A stretch of 64,000 nucleotides of DNA. It comes from Candidatus Omnitrophota bacterium (GTDB lineage: Bacteria; Omnitrophota; Gorgyraeia; Zapsychrales; Zapsychraceae). The notes beneath the pieces are model-generated. The model saw only the letters and a program-made list of their open reading frames with translations. It made no database searches and was not told the origin of the DNA. Position 1 is the first letter of the stretch, and each line of letters opens with the position of its first letter. Location: the NCBI GenBank assembly GCA_029261055.1, contig JAJDCA010000044.1, positions 141,867-205,866 on the forward strand, written 5' to 3'. This document shows, one piece after another, positions 1 through 9,975 of the stretch. Made by a program: the position numbers and the translations under genes.

Positions 1-660
1 GAAAAAAACCCATTTTTGGGCATGCGCTCAATCCGTTTTTCCCTAAAACATCCTGAAATTTTTGAACAACAAATTCGTGCCATTCTTCGCGCTGCTGTGA
101 AGGCCGATATCCGCATTATGTTCCCTATGATTTCGTCTGTAGATGAATTTTTGGAAGCTAAAAAAATGGTGACTGATTGTATTCAAACATTACACAAAGA
201 AAAAATCCCCTGTCACAATAAACCACAAATTGGATTAATGATTGAGCTTCCGTCGGTATTAGAAGTTATCGAAGAATTGGCCAAAGAGGCCGATTTTTTT
301 AGTATTGGAACAAACGATCTCATTCAATACATGTTAGCGGTTGATCGTACAAATGATAAAGTCTCGGATCTGTATCTCGCGCATCATCCCGCGATTATTC
401 GTGCCTTAAAGAAAATTGTTGATGCTGCTACAAAATTTAAAAAAGATGTGTCTATCTGTGGTGACATGGTACACCAAGAAAAATATTTACCCTATCTCAT
501 AGGCATTGGCCTTAGAACATTTAGTATTAATCCTTCTAATTTACCCCAAATTCAAACGGCCATTAAACAAATTGATTCAAAAAAAGCTGAAGAATCGACC
601 AAAATTATTTTAACAAAAACGCGCCTTAAAGATGTTGAACAGGCTATGGGGCTAGATTAA
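1..660 (+). CDS. ptsI: PEP-protein phosphotransferase (PTS enzyme I family), C-terminal part, truncated by the window edge
   Basis: Frame open from base 1 (EKNPFLGMRSIR). Motifs IMFPMI, GLMIELPS, DFFSIGTNDLIQY and SICGDM are typical of enzyme I (PtsI/PtsP). Confidence 0.9.
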   Translation, partial: EKNPFLGMRSIRFSLKHPEIFEQQIRAILRAAVKADIRIMFPMISSVDEFLEAKKMVTDCIQTLHKEKIPCHNKPQIGLMIELPSVLEVIEELAKEADFFSIGTNDLIQYMLAVDRTNDKVSDLYLAHHPAIIRALKKIVDAATKFKKDVSICGDMVHQEKYLPYLIGIGLRTFSINPSNLPQIQTAIKQIDSKKAEESTKIILTKTRLKDVEQAMGLD

Positions 661-670
661 AAACAACTCC

Positions 671-687
671 TAAGAGATTGCGCAACT
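671..687. repeat. Dispersed TAAGAGATTGCGCAACT motif, copy 1
   Basis: Exact reverse complement of 15041-15057; degenerate copies at 3476-3491 and 14963-14975. Confidence 0.6.
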
Positions 688-761
688 CCTAATTGCCAAA
701 TTATTGTTTTATGTTACACTTTAACCAGAAAAATTTAAACCTCACAAAAAAGGAGAATCAC

Positions 762-1322
762 ATGAAAAAAATCAAACTTTTTGGAACAATCCTTGTTACA
801 GCTTTATGTTTGGCTCTTTCGGTTAATGCTGTTGAAGCTTGTAAAGGGCATGGTTCATCATCAAGAAAAAAAGGACTCGAAGGTAAATTTAATTACAAAG
901 TTCAGTTTGTTTTAGGACGTTGGGGCGAATTACAACTTTCTGAAAAACAAATGACCCAGATTAAAGATCTAAACAATACTACGACAAAATACCTTATTAC
1001 TAAAAATGCCGAAATTGATGTGCTTGCCGTGGATGTCAAATCTCAAATGCATCAAGCGACAATGAACCTGGAAGCCATTAATAAATTAGTCGATCAAAAA
1101 TATGCTTTAAAAAATGAACGGGCTAAAGCGACGATTAAGGCTATTTCAGATCTTAAAAATGTTTTAAATGATGAACAAAAAACGAAATTTAAAACACTTC
1201 TGATGAATGCTTTCAGCGCTTGCTCCTCATGTCCTCTGAGTAAAGGATCTTCTTCCGGAAAGATTTGCCCATTAAAAGGCAAAGGTTCTGGAACGCAAAA
1301 AGGTTCAGGAACAACTAAATAA
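762..1322 (+). CDS. Periplasmic Spy/CpxP-like helical protein with Cys/Gly/Ser-rich tail
   Basis: AGGAG RBS at 751-755 before ATG 762; signal peptide; LTxxQ-like repeats (LQLSEKQ, VLNDEQK). Confidence 0.6.
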   Translation: MKKIKLFGTILVTALCLALSVNAVEACKGHGSSSRKKGLEGKFNYKVQFVLGRWGELQLSEKQMTQIKDLNNTTTKYLITKNAEIDVLAVDVKSQMHQATMNLEAINKLVDQKYALKNERAKATIKAISDLKNVLNDEQKTKFKTLLMNAFSACSSCPLSKGSSSGKICPLKGKGSGTQKGSGTTK

Positions 1323-1331
1323 GAGCAGCTC

Positions 1332-1718
1332 ATGGCGACTTTATTTACAAAAATCATAAAGGGGGAGATTCCCTGTCATAAAATTTATGAAGATGACACA
1401 TATCTTGCCTTTCTGGATATCCGTCCCATAAATCCTGGGCATACACTTGTTATTCCAAAAAAAGAAGTTAATTACATCTTTGATTTGGATGATGACCTTT
1501 TGGCCGGTTTGATGCTTTGTGCCAAAAAAGTGGCCCACATGATTGAACAAAAAGTTACGTGTAAACGTATCGGTATCATGGTGGCGGGGCTAGAAGTGCC
1601 GCACGCCCATGTGCATTTGATTCCAATGAATGAAATCCCAGATCTTAATTTTGCCAATGCCAAATCGGCATCCAACGAAGATCTTGCGGAAATATGTCAA
1701 AAAATTACAAAAATTTGA
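1332..1718 (+). CDS. HIT family protein
   Basis: LFTKII, AFLDIRPINPGHTLVIPK and histidine triad HAHVHLIP. Confidence 0.95.
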   Translation: MATLFTKIIKGEIPCHKIYEDDTYLAFLDIRPINPGHTLVIPKKEVNYIFDLDDDLLAGLMLCAKKVAHMIEQKVTCKRIGIMVAGLEVPHAHVHLIPMNEIPDLNFANAKSASNEDLAEICQKITKI

Positions 1719-1745
1719 GAAAGCGGCCCCTAGGGGCCGTTTTCT
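1718..1745 (+). terminator. Intrinsic terminator hairpin after the HIT gene
   Basis: AGAAAGCGGCCCC-TA-GGGGCCGTTTTCT GC-rich inverted repeat ending in a T run. Confidence 0.7.
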
Positions 1746-1765
1746 GTATTTCAAGGAGATAATTC

Positions 1766-2194
1766 ATGTATGCCTTAACCTCTTCAAAACCAATAACTTG
1801 GAATAAAAAACAAAAGGCCGTCTGGAAATGTCTGGAAGACCATTGGGATCATTTGATCAACAAACGTGTCGATGACTTTCTTAAATTTATCCACCCTGAT
1901 TTTTTGGGTTTTGGCCATGAAAGCCCAATCAATATTGACAGGCCCTGGTTACAAAAATGGGTAGGCTTTTGGACAAAATCAACAGAAATTATTATTTGCG
2001 AATTAAGACCCATTGATATCAAAATCCATCAAAATATTGCCATCGTTCAATATTTTATTTTTACGATTGAAAAAAATTCAGAAGGCGGGAAGCGCGTCAT
2101 TCGTCGTTACACCATGACCTGGAAAAAAATGCCTGAGCGTTGGACTGTAATTGCGAGTCACAATAATCTTGCTGATGAAACAATACGCGGATAA
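1766..2194 (+). CDS. NTF2-like (SnoaL/DUF4440) protein
   Basis: AGGAG RBS; IHPDF, IKIHQNIAIV and RYTMTWKK...WTVIASH pattern of the NTF2-like fold. Confidence 0.75.
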   Translation: MYALTSSKPITWNKKQKAVWKCLEDHWDHLINKRVDDFLKFIHPDFLGFGHESPINIDRPWLQKWVGFWTKSTEIIICELRPIDIKIHQNIAIVQYFIFTIEKNSEGGKRVIRRYTMTWKKMPERWTVIASHNNLADETIRG

Positions 2195-2272
2195 TCAACT
2201 CAACGAGGTTAATTGGGAATCTTTTGCGCTCATGTTAGGCGCAACATATTATTTTCAATAAAGGAAAGAATT

Positions 2273-3478
2273 ATGATTAAAAACAATATGACAAAATTTT
2301 CTCAACCGCTTAAAGTTCTTTCGATTGAAGATAATCCGGTTGACCAAAAAATGATTAAATCGATGTTAACCCAATCTACATACGGGGCATCTTTTTTTAA
2401 GATCGCTAAATCCTGTGGCGAGGGAAGACAAATCCTCAAAAAACATACTTTTGATGTTATCCTTCTTGATTTAAATTTGCCGGATAGTGAAGGATTAATA
2501 ACCCTTAAACAATTTAATAAAGATTACCCTGAATTAGCTATTGTTGTGAGTACGGGGTCCTATGAAGATGAATTGGGCATAGAAGCACTGAATTACGGGG
2601 CACAAGATTTTCTTATTAAAGGAAAATACAATGCCTATTGGCTTAATAAGGTGCTGTATTATGCTATTGAACGTAAACGATTGGAAAACAGTCTTAAAAC
2701 AGCTAGTAATCAACTTAAAGAAACACAAACACAACTTTTTCAATCCGAAAAAATGAAAGTTGTCGGTGGTTTAGCGAGTGGCATTGCCCATGAAGTTCGC
2801 AATCCTTTGGCCGCTATTCTTTATGGAGTTACTTATCTTCAAGAAACACTCAAAACAAATGACAAAAAACTCAAACTGACATTAAAAAATATTAAAGAAG
2901 CAACAAATAGGGCAAACAATATTATCAAAGACCTTCTAGACTTTTCTGCTCTGTCTAAATTAACTAAAGAAAAAGAGGATCTTCATTTGATTGTAGATTT
3001 GTCACTGGGTTTATTAACGCATGAATTTGAAAATTGTAAAATACAAATTGTTAAAAAATTCACGAAATCTATGCCTCCAGTAAAAATAGACAAAAGACGA
3101 ATTCAACAAGTTATTATTAATCTCGTTCTTAATAGCATCTATGCCATGCCGAATGGCGGTAAAATAACATTAAAAACTTCTCAACATGCATTACTAAAAG
3201 ATTCAAAAAAACTTTATCAACGAGCTCCACTTAAAGAAACGCCAAAAAAGACAACAAAAACGGTCACAGTTTTACATGTCGAAGATACCGGTTGCGGCAT
3301 TCCTGAGGACAAGTTAAATAATATTTTTGATCCTTTCTTTACAACCCGACGGGCTCGAGGAGGCGTGGGGTTAGGTTTATCGGTATGTCACAATATTATG
3401 GAAAGTCATAAAGGAAACATCTTAATTGAAAACATTACAAAAGGAGGAACTCGCGCAACCCTAATTTTTCCAAATTAA
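2273..3478 (+). CDS. Cytoplasmic hybrid receiver-histidine kinase (REC-HisKA-HATPase)
   Basis: REC motifs IEDN and LLDLNLPD; H-box IAHEVRNPL; N-box NLVLNS; DTGCGI; FDPFFTT; GVGLGL. Confidence 0.92.
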   Translation: MIKNNMTKFSQPLKVLSIEDNPVDQKMIKSMLTQSTYGASFFKIAKSCGEGRQILKKHTFDVILLDLNLPDSEGLITLKQFNKDYPELAIVVSTGSYEDELGIEALNYGAQDFLIKGKYNAYWLNKVLYYAIERKRLENSLKTASNQLKETQTQLFQSEKMKVVGGLASGIAHEVRNPLAAILYGVTYLQETLKTNDKKLKLTLKNIKEATNRANNIIKDLLDFSALSKLTKEKEDLHLIVDLSLGLLTHEFENCKIQIVKKFTKSMPPVKIDKRRIQQVIINLVLNSIYAMPNGGKITLKTSQHALLKDSKKLYQRAPLKETPKKTTKTVTVLHVEDTGCGIPEDKLNNIFDPFFTTRRARGGVGLGLSVCHNIMESHKGNILIENITKGGTRATLIFPN

Positions 3479-3516
3479 GAGACTGCACAACAATAAATAT
3501 TTGGAACTTAATTCTT

Positions 3517-4053
3517 ATGAAAAAAACAACAAGTCCTTACATTTTAGTTAGAAATTCCAGTATCCACAGCACCGGAGTCTTTGCCAAGAAAAATATTCAG
3601 GAAGGGACCCGTATCATCGAATATGTCGGTGAAAAAGTAACCAAAGCAGAATCAGATAGACGTGCAGATATTCCGCTCGGTAATCATAAAAATGATAAAA
3701 GTAATGGTGCCGTTTATCTCTTTTATTTAAACAAACGTCATGATATTGATGGATATGTATCCCACAACACCGCACGGTTTATTAACCATTCCTGTGAACC
3801 CAATTGTGAACCGGATATTATTCGAGGAAAAATTTGGATTATTGCCCTTCGGGACATTAAAAAAGGCGAAGAATTAACCTACAATTATGGGTATGATTAT
3901 GCCGATTACGAAGAACACTTATGCCGATGCAATACGGATAACTGTATGGGGTTCATCCTTGCTGAAGAACACTGGCCGAAATTAAAAGCTAAACGTACGC
4001 GCGAAGCTAACAAACGTAAAAAAGAAACCTCAAACTTCGCTACCGCTCAGTGA
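3517..4053 (+). CDS. SET domain lysine methyltransferase with post-SET motif
   Basis: GVFA, IIEYVGE, RFINHSCEPN, GEELTYNY and CRCNTDNCMG. Confidence 0.93.
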   Translation: MKKTTSPYILVRNSSIHSTGVFAKKNIQEGTRIIEYVGEKVTKAESDRRADIPLGNHKNDKSNGAVYLFYLNKRHDIDGYVSHNTARFINHSCEPNCEPDIIRGKIWIIALRDIKKGEELTYNYGYDYADYEEHLCRCNTDNCMGFILAEEHWPKLKAKRTREANKRKKETSNFATAQ

Positions 4054-4073
4054 TTTTGGCTTTCAGCTATCAG
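4044..4073. repeat. Heptamer-palindrome repeat family, copy a
   Basis: Reverse complement matches 55372-55401 at 28/30 nt (CTGATARCTGAAAGCCAAAATCACYGAGCG). Confidence 0.7.
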
Positions 4074-4093
4074 CCTTAAGCCATCCGTAAACA

Positions 4094-4627
4094 ATGCGTA
4101 AATTAACCCATCAAGAAATTCTCACCCGCCAACAAGAAAAGAAAACTAAAAAAACACCTTTCTGTGTCATATTAAACGACCTTCGCAGTTGTCACAATGT
4201 TGGCTCTATTTTTCGCACAGCAGATGGAGCGGGCGTAGAAAAAATTTGGTTATGTGGCATTACCGCCTGTCCTCCCAATAAACAAATTAACAAAACTGCC
4301 TTAGATGCCCAAGACCATGTCTCTTGGGAGTATCGCAAGGATGCCTTGTCCGTTATTCAGGAACTAAAACAACAAAATTACCAAATCATTCTCCTGGAAC
4401 AAATGGAAGGTAGCCGCCTGTATCACGAATTTACACCACACTTTCCCACATGCCTTATTATTGGCAATGAAACCGATGGCATTTCTCCCGAACTCATTTC
4501 TCACTGCGATGCTGCCATAGAAATCGAAATGGCCGGCATCAAAAATTCCCTCAATGTCGCCGTAGCCTTCGGCATCGCCGCGTATTACTTTAGAAACTAT
4601 TTTTTAGCCCCAAAAATAAATTTGTGA
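4094..4627 (+). CDS. SpoU/TrmH family RNA methyltransferase
   Basis: LRSCHNVGSIFRTAD, IIGNETDGI, IEMAGIKNSLNVAVA. Confidence 0.93.
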   Translation: MRKLTHQEILTRQQEKKTKKTPFCVILNDLRSCHNVGSIFRTADGAGVEKIWLCGITACPPNKQINKTALDAQDHVSWEYRKDALSVIQELKQQNYQIILLEQMEGSRLYHEFTPHFPTCLIIGNETDGISPELISHCDAAIEIEMAGIKNSLNVAVAFGIAAYYFRNYFLAPKINL

Positions 4628-4707
4628 TTGATTAATTTAATATGTTATACTTCAACCAGTACCTGCCACGGTTTGTGTTTAATCGAAGTTAATACAAAAG
4701 CTCTGTC

Positions 4708-7700
4708 ATGAATTTTCACATACACATCACAAAAAGCATACGCTTAGTTTTTTTTCTAACCAGCCTTCTCATATTTTCTTTAAGTATCACGGCTAATGCT
4801 TATCAATATGTCAAAGTCGAAGGACGGAGTCTGGTAGCGGACTTTGATATGGATGGACAATACGCGCCATTTTTTATCAAAGGGGTCGGATACAGCCCTA
4901 TGCCTATTGGGCGGCATCCTAGTGATTGGGGATGGCAAAACGCGAATGATCCGCGCCCGAATAATACCCTGGATGACCCTGCCATTTTAGAACGAGATTT
5001 TACACTTCTCGAAGCCATGCACGCCAATACAATCCGCATCTGGAAAGGCAATGATACAGAAAAAAATGGCCGATTTCCCATAAAAATCACCTCAAATACA
5101 CTTGACCACGCAGAAAATCATCAAATAAAAATAATGGCTGGATTCTGGATTGATACCCCCTCGGGTTGGTGGGAATGTACAGAAGAAGGATCTATTTTTC
5201 ATGTCATTATGGATTTTACAAATGCTTCTCTGCGTGAAGATATTAAATCAAGATTTGCAGACTACGTCACACAATTGAAAAATCATCCTGCCATCCTGCT
5301 TTGGGCTATTGCTAATGAAAACAATTTGTCTTTTGGAGATAACTTTGACCAAATAAACGCCTTTTACTCACTTGTTAATGAAATGGCTGAACTGGCCCAT
5401 CAAATTGAAGGGACTGACTTTCACCCTGTGGTTTTAGTCAATGGGGACATCAAAAATCTCGGTGATTCAAATCAGGGAACAACAGATGCAGATATGCCTC
5501 ATCTAGATGTCTGGGCAGCTAATGTTTACAAAGGAGATTCATTTGGTGATTTATTTGATGAATTCAAAACAAAATCAACAAAACCACTCTTAATTTCTGA
5601 ATTCGGTACCGATGCCTGGCATACTAATGATGTGGATAATCCTTCCGATGGATTTGAGGATCAAACGACTCAGGCCGTTTGGGCTGGAAAACTCTGGGAC
5701 GAAATTGCCGCTAATAATGATGCCACGATCGGAGGGACAGTGATGGAATATTCCGATGAATGGTGGAAACCCAATGAATGGCTTTGTGCGGATGATAACG
5801 ATCCCAATACGACCGCTGATCTTTGTAATGCGGCCCAAACATATTATGGGTTCGGACCAAAAGATAATAGCTGCCCGGTCAACGGGACATTTGATGACCC
5901 GGAAGATAACTTGCCAATTCCTCTTGATCAATTTAATAATGAAGAGTGGTGGGGCATTATGGCCATTGCCAAAAATCCAGATAATGCTTTTGGGCCGGAT
6001 ATTATGATACCCCGTCAAATTTATACAACATTGCAGGAAAAGTTCCGTCCTCAAAATTTACCCCCCATCCTTGATCCAATTAATGATAAAGAACTCGCTC
6101 TTGGTGATTTACTACAATTTACCGTAACGGCCCATGATCCGGAAAGTGCCTCCATAATACTTACGGCAACATTAGGGAGTGGCGATACTTTAGACACTAT
6201 TGGCGCCAGTTTTACAGATGCCGGTGATGGCACAGGTTCATTTACATGGACCACAAGATTCACAAATATAGGCAATATCATTCCTATAAAATTCACAGCT
6301 ACAGATGAGGGTGGAGCAACGGATGTTGAAAATATTTTTATTACACTGAATGTTGTGCAAAACCCAAATGAACAAACGCCTTGGCAAAATAATGAAAATG
6401 GCACATTAATAGAAGACCAGTCATTAAACTACACATTAGGATATCATTTTACACCACAAAAAAACGGCGTAATTAATACATTAGGCGGATATTTTAATGG
6501 AACAAAAAAAGTTTCTCTTTGGAATAAAACCACAGGCGAATTATTAGCCCAAGTACAAGTACCTTCTTCGAATACATGGAATTATTCCGGCATTACTCCC
6601 GTGAATGTCCAGGCTGGGGAGGAGTACACCGTTGCCGCTTACCTTGCAGGTAGTGGAGCCAGTTTTCGTCAGAATGTTCAAACATTACCACAAACATATG
6701 CTGACATTACGATCCAATCGGCATGTTTTAAACGTGGGGATATTCGTCCCATCAATGAAGAAAAAAATTTAATGTATGGTCAAGTGGATATTGGGTTTAT
6801 TCCAGATGGAAGTGTAGCTAATCAGCCTCCAATCATACACACAGGACCAACGCCGGAACAGACGACCTTAAATAGTGGAGAAAACACAACGATTTCCGTT
6901 ATTGCCGAAGACCTGGATGGGGATCCATTAACGTATACCTGGACAGCCAGCCAGGGAACCATTGCAGGTAATAGCCTTGAAGTAACATACACAGCCCCTA
7001 CGATTGCTACCGAAACGACTGTGACGATTAATGTAGAAATTTCTGACGGAAAAGGCGGTACTATCACAGGAACGGTGGACATAACAATTCTTCCCATCAT
7101 AGGAGGAAAGCCTGAACAAATGCCTTGGCAAAATAATGAAAATGGAACATTAACCATTAATCAAAACTTTAATTACACCTTAGGTTACCATTTCATTCCC
7201 CAAACAAATGGTACGATTAATAAAGTGGGAGGATATTTTAACGGAACTAAAATCATTTCTCTTTGGAAACGGAGTACAGGTGAATTACTGACACAAACAC
7301 AAGTGTCTTCAAATAATACCTGGAATTACGTAAGTATTCCACCAGTCAATGTTCAGGATGGGGAAGAGTATACCGTTGCCGCTTACCTTGCGGGTAGCGG
7401 AGCTAGTTACCGTGAAAATATCCAAACCCTGCCACAAACCTATGGGGCTATTACGATTCAATCAGCCTGCTACAGGCTCGGTGATCAGCGGCCATCTAAC
7501 GACGAAAAAAACTTTATGTATGGACAGGTCGACATTGGTTTCATTCCTGAAGGGAGCATAGTTAACCAAGCGCCTGTTATTCAATCTGGCCCAACAGCTG
7601 CAAATTCCTCTCTCAATAGTGGTCAAAGCACAGCAATTTCTCTTTCTGCCATAGACCCTGACAACGACCCGTTAACCTACATTTGGACAGCAACCCAAGG

Positions 7701-8289
7701 AAATATTATCGGTAATGGTTTTGAAGTAACGTACACAGCTCCTACGGTTGACACTGAAACGACAATAACTATCCAGGTAACGGTGTCGGACGAAAAAGGA
7801 GGCAACGTTTCAGGAACAGTAAATCTAACAATTAGAGGAGGAGCAGGAGTACAAACACCCTGGCAAAGCCATGAAAACGGCACCTTAATCACAGGCCAAA
7901 AATATGATTACACTTTAGGTTATCATTTTACTCCAAATAAAAATGGTACTATCCATAAATTGGGAGGATATTTTTGGGGAACCAAAACCGTATTTCTTTG
8001 GAATAGAGCAACAGGAGAATTATTAGGAGAAACTCCGGTTACTTCAACGCTCGCGTGGAGTTATGCAGACGTCACACCTGTAGATGTTCAAGCCGGGGTA
8101 GAGTACACCGTAGCTGCGTATCTTGCGGGCCACGATGCCTCTTACCGCAAGGATATTCAAGCATTGCCCCAAACATATGATGACATTACCATTCAATCGG
8201 CGTGTTACAAACGGGGGCAGAGCCGGCCGATTAATGATGAGAAAAAATTTATGTACGGACAGGCCGATATTATTTTTATTCCAAATTAA
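4708..8289 (+). CDS. Secreted clan GH-A (GH2-like TIM barrel) glycoside hydrolase with Ig/PKD-like spacers and three DUF4082-like beta-sandwich repeats
   Basis: Signal peptide; FFIKGVGYSP, ANTIRIW, WAIANE (acid/base), LLISEFG (nucleophile); three ~144-aa repeats beginning Q(T/M)PWQxxENG at about 6373, 7117 and 7852. Confidence 0.8.
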   Translation: MNFHIHITKSIRLVFFLTSLLIFSLSITANAYQYVKVEGRSLVADFDMDGQYAPFFIKGVGYSPMPIGRHPSDWGWQNANDPRPNNTLDDPAILERDFTLLEAMHANTIRIWKGNDTEKNGRFPIKITSNTLDHAENHQIKIMAGFWIDTPSGWWECTEEGSIFHVIMDFTNASLREDIKSRFADYVTQLKNHPAILLWAIANENNLSFGDNFDQINAFYSLVNEMAELAHQIEGTDFHPVVLVNGDIKNLGDSNQGTTDADMPHLDVWAANVYKGDSFGDLFDEFKTKSTKPLLISEFGTDAWHTNDVDNPSDGFEDQTTQAVWAGKLWDEIAANNDATIGGTVMEYSDEWWKPNEWLCADDNDPNTTADLCNAAQTYYGFGPKDNSCPVNGTFDDPEDNLPIPLDQFNNEEWWGIMAIAKNPDNAFGPDIMIPRQIYTTLQEKFRPQNLPPILDPINDKELALGDLLQFTVTAHDPESASIILTATLGSGDTLDTIGASFTDAGDGTGSFTWTTRFTNIGNIIPIKFTATDEGGATDVENIFITLNVVQNPNEQTPWQNNENGTLIEDQSLNYTLGYHFTPQKNGVINTLGGYFNGTKKVSLWNKTTGELLAQVQVPSSNTWNYSGITPVNVQAGEEYTVAAYLAGSGASFRQNVQTLPQTYADITIQSACFKRGDIRPINEEKNLMYGQVDIGFIPDGSVANQPPIIHTGPTPEQTTLNSGENTTISVIAEDLDGDPLTYTWTASQGTIAGNSLEVTYTAPTIATETTVTINVEISDGKGGTITGTVDITILPIIGGKPEQMPWQNNENGTLTINQNFNYTLGYHFIPQTNGTINKVGGYFNGTKIISLWKRSTGELLTQTQVSSNNTWNYVSIPPVNVQDGEEYTVAAYLAGSGASYRENIQTLPQTYGAITIQSACYRLGDQRPSNDEKNFMYGQVDIGFIPEGSIVNQAPVIQSGPTAANSSLNSGQSTAISLSAIDPDNDPLTYIWTATQGNIIGNGFEVTYTAPTVDTETTITIQVTVSDEKGGNVSGTVNLTIRGGAGVQTPWQSHENGTLITGQKYDYTLGYHFTPNKNGTIHKLGGYFWGTKTVFLWNRATGELLGETPVTSTLAWSYADVTPVDVQAGVEYTVAAYLAGHDASYRKDIQALPQTYDDITIQSACYKRGQSRPINDEKKFMYGQADIIFIPN

Positions 8290-8450
8290 ATTCTTTTATT
8301 TTCGTGCAACTTGCAAATAAGGCAAAAATGTTTTATACTTCCACTAGATAAGTTGTCCCACACTGGTTTTTGACCGATATCCTCAAGACACCGCATCATA
8401 GGATATGTGTTGCACTAACCCTCCGGGAAGTGAAAATAAATAGTTAAATT

Positions 8451-8514
8451 AGTCTTCAGACGTCAGTTTTCAGATGTAAGTATTTTACTTTTTACTGATG
8501 ACTGCTAGCAAAAG
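8451..8514. repeat. Heptamer-palindrome repeat family, copy b
   Basis: GTCTTCA GACGTCA GTTTTCA GATGTAA ... CTGATGA CTGCTAG. Confidence 0.55.
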
Positions 8515-8527
8515 CTTTTAAATTCTT

Positions 8528-9928
8528 TTGCAAGGCTCAATTAAATTGAATCAAATAAATATTAAAAAATATTTTATGTGTGCGTTGCTTTCTTTAGCAA
8601 CTTTTACGATACCTCAACATGTCGAGGCGACTGTAAATTTAAGCGTTACACCAGTAACTGGTGGAAATGATTTACGCTTCGGGCGTGTTAATGCTTCACG
8701 GATAGAAAACAAAGAAGTTAAAATCCGAATTACGTCAACGGATAATAGACAATATCAGCTCTTTCACAGAATGCTCGAACCATTAGTCAATACTCAGGGC
8801 GAAAATATAGGCCACGATACTCTTAAAACTTACACCTTAATCGGGTCAAATTCTTTCGGTACTTTGTATTCACAAGATCTGGAAAGCATAGGTTTTGGCG
8901 ATCAACTCCTGTACTCTTCAAGCGCTTCAGGCGAAAGCGATACATTTCGTGTTGTCTATTCTGTACAAGGTGACCAGCTAAAAGCTTCAGGAAATTTTTC
9001 CGGGCAGATTCTTTACACCGTCCGACCGATTGGTGGCGGAGCGCAGGATACCATTTTTTTAAACGTTTTTCTGGAATCTTCTGGAGAATTAAAAGTAAAT
9101 GTTGAAGGTTCAACAGGACAGAATACGGTTCACCTAAGCTACCCCGGAGAATTTGAAAAAACAGGACATATTAAAATTTCTTTTAATGGTAATCTTGGCC
9201 GAAAAATAAAAATTTATCAAAAGCTTGAAGTTTTTCCTAAAAATGACCAGTTGGATGAAATAAATAAGAGCGCTGTAAATATTCAAACGTCGGGAAATCA
9301 AAATGGCAATGTATTCGTACAAAACCCTTCGCCTTTAGAGCGTAAACGTATTCTACTTTATGAATCTAATCAAAACGAAGATACGTTCTTTGTCAATTTC
9401 TTTCTCGATGAACAAGAAATAAAGAATCAAAAAGCAGGTCATTACAATGGGAATTTAACATATATCATTGAATCTGCCGATGGCATACAAGAATATCGGT
9501 CAATGATAGAAATAGAGGTTGCTCCGGTATTTAATCTGGAAGTAAAACTTCCCCCAGGTGGGATGGATTTTTCCAAAATGTTACCTAAGAGCCCTCCTCA
9601 GATCAAAGAAATCATGGTAGAAGTTGAAACTAATCTTGGAAAACCTTACATAGTTGTCCAAAACGTTACAGCCCCTTTAAGTAATGAAAAAGGAGAATTA
9701 TTTTCAGAAGATGTCTTTACTTTAAAAGGCGAATCTGTCGGGGCAGAAATCGGAAAAATGATTAGTTCAGAGTTCACCCCGGTTTCCAATGGGGAAACAC
9801 CGATCTATTTCTCAGACGAAAAAGGATCATCAGCAAAGTTTAAGATCCATTACCGTATGCGACCGGATCAAAATATGAACCCGGGGGACTTTGCAACATC
9901 CATTGTTTATTCTTTGCAGGAAATGTAG
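8528..9928 (+). CDS. Secreted protein with three pilin/WxL-like beta-sandwich domains (putative minor pilin or adhesin)
   Basis: Signal peptide; three segments ending GNFSGQILYTV, GHYNGNLTYII and GDFATSIVYSL. True start may be 8546 or 8576. Confidence 0.5.
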   Translation: MQGSIKLNQINIKKYFMCALLSLATFTIPQHVEATVNLSVTPVTGGNDLRFGRVNASRIENKEVKIRITSTDNRQYQLFHRMLEPLVNTQGENIGHDTLKTYTLIGSNSFGTLYSQDLESIGFGDQLLYSSSASGESDTFRVVYSVQGDQLKASGNFSGQILYTVRPIGGGAQDTIFLNVFLESSGELKVNVEGSTGQNTVHLSYPGEFEKTGHIKISFNGNLGRKIKIYQKLEVFPKNDQLDEINKSAVNIQTSGNQNGNVFVQNPSPLERKRILLYESNQNEDTFFVNFFLDEQEIKNQKAGHYNGNLTYIIESADGIQEYRSMIEIEVAPVFNLEVKLPPGGMDFSKMLPKSPPQIKEIMVEVETNLGKPYIVVQNVTAPLSNEKGELFSEDVFTLKGESVGAEIGKMISSEFTPVSNGETPIYFSDEKGSSAKFKIHYRMRPDQNMNPGDFATSIVYSLQEM

Positions 9929-9975
9929 AAATAAAGTATTAAGAACTAAAGATAACCCAAGAAAGGAGAACACAA

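Noticed and set aside
6373-8286. GH repeats as a DGR template/variable pair or a CRISPR-like array
   Set aside because: They are in-frame domain repeats with differences not confined to adenines; no reverse transcriptase, cas gene or repeat-spacer periodicity was seen in the window.
8288-8320. Possible displaced spoU tail after the GH gene (KFFYFRATCK* versus AAYYFRNY)
   Set aside because: The match is only about three codons and cannot be distinguished from chance.
8341-8440. Possible riboswitch in the pilus operon leader (ATATCCT..AGGATAT hairpin)
   Set aside because: No recognisable aptamer consensus on either strand; only one modest hairpin.
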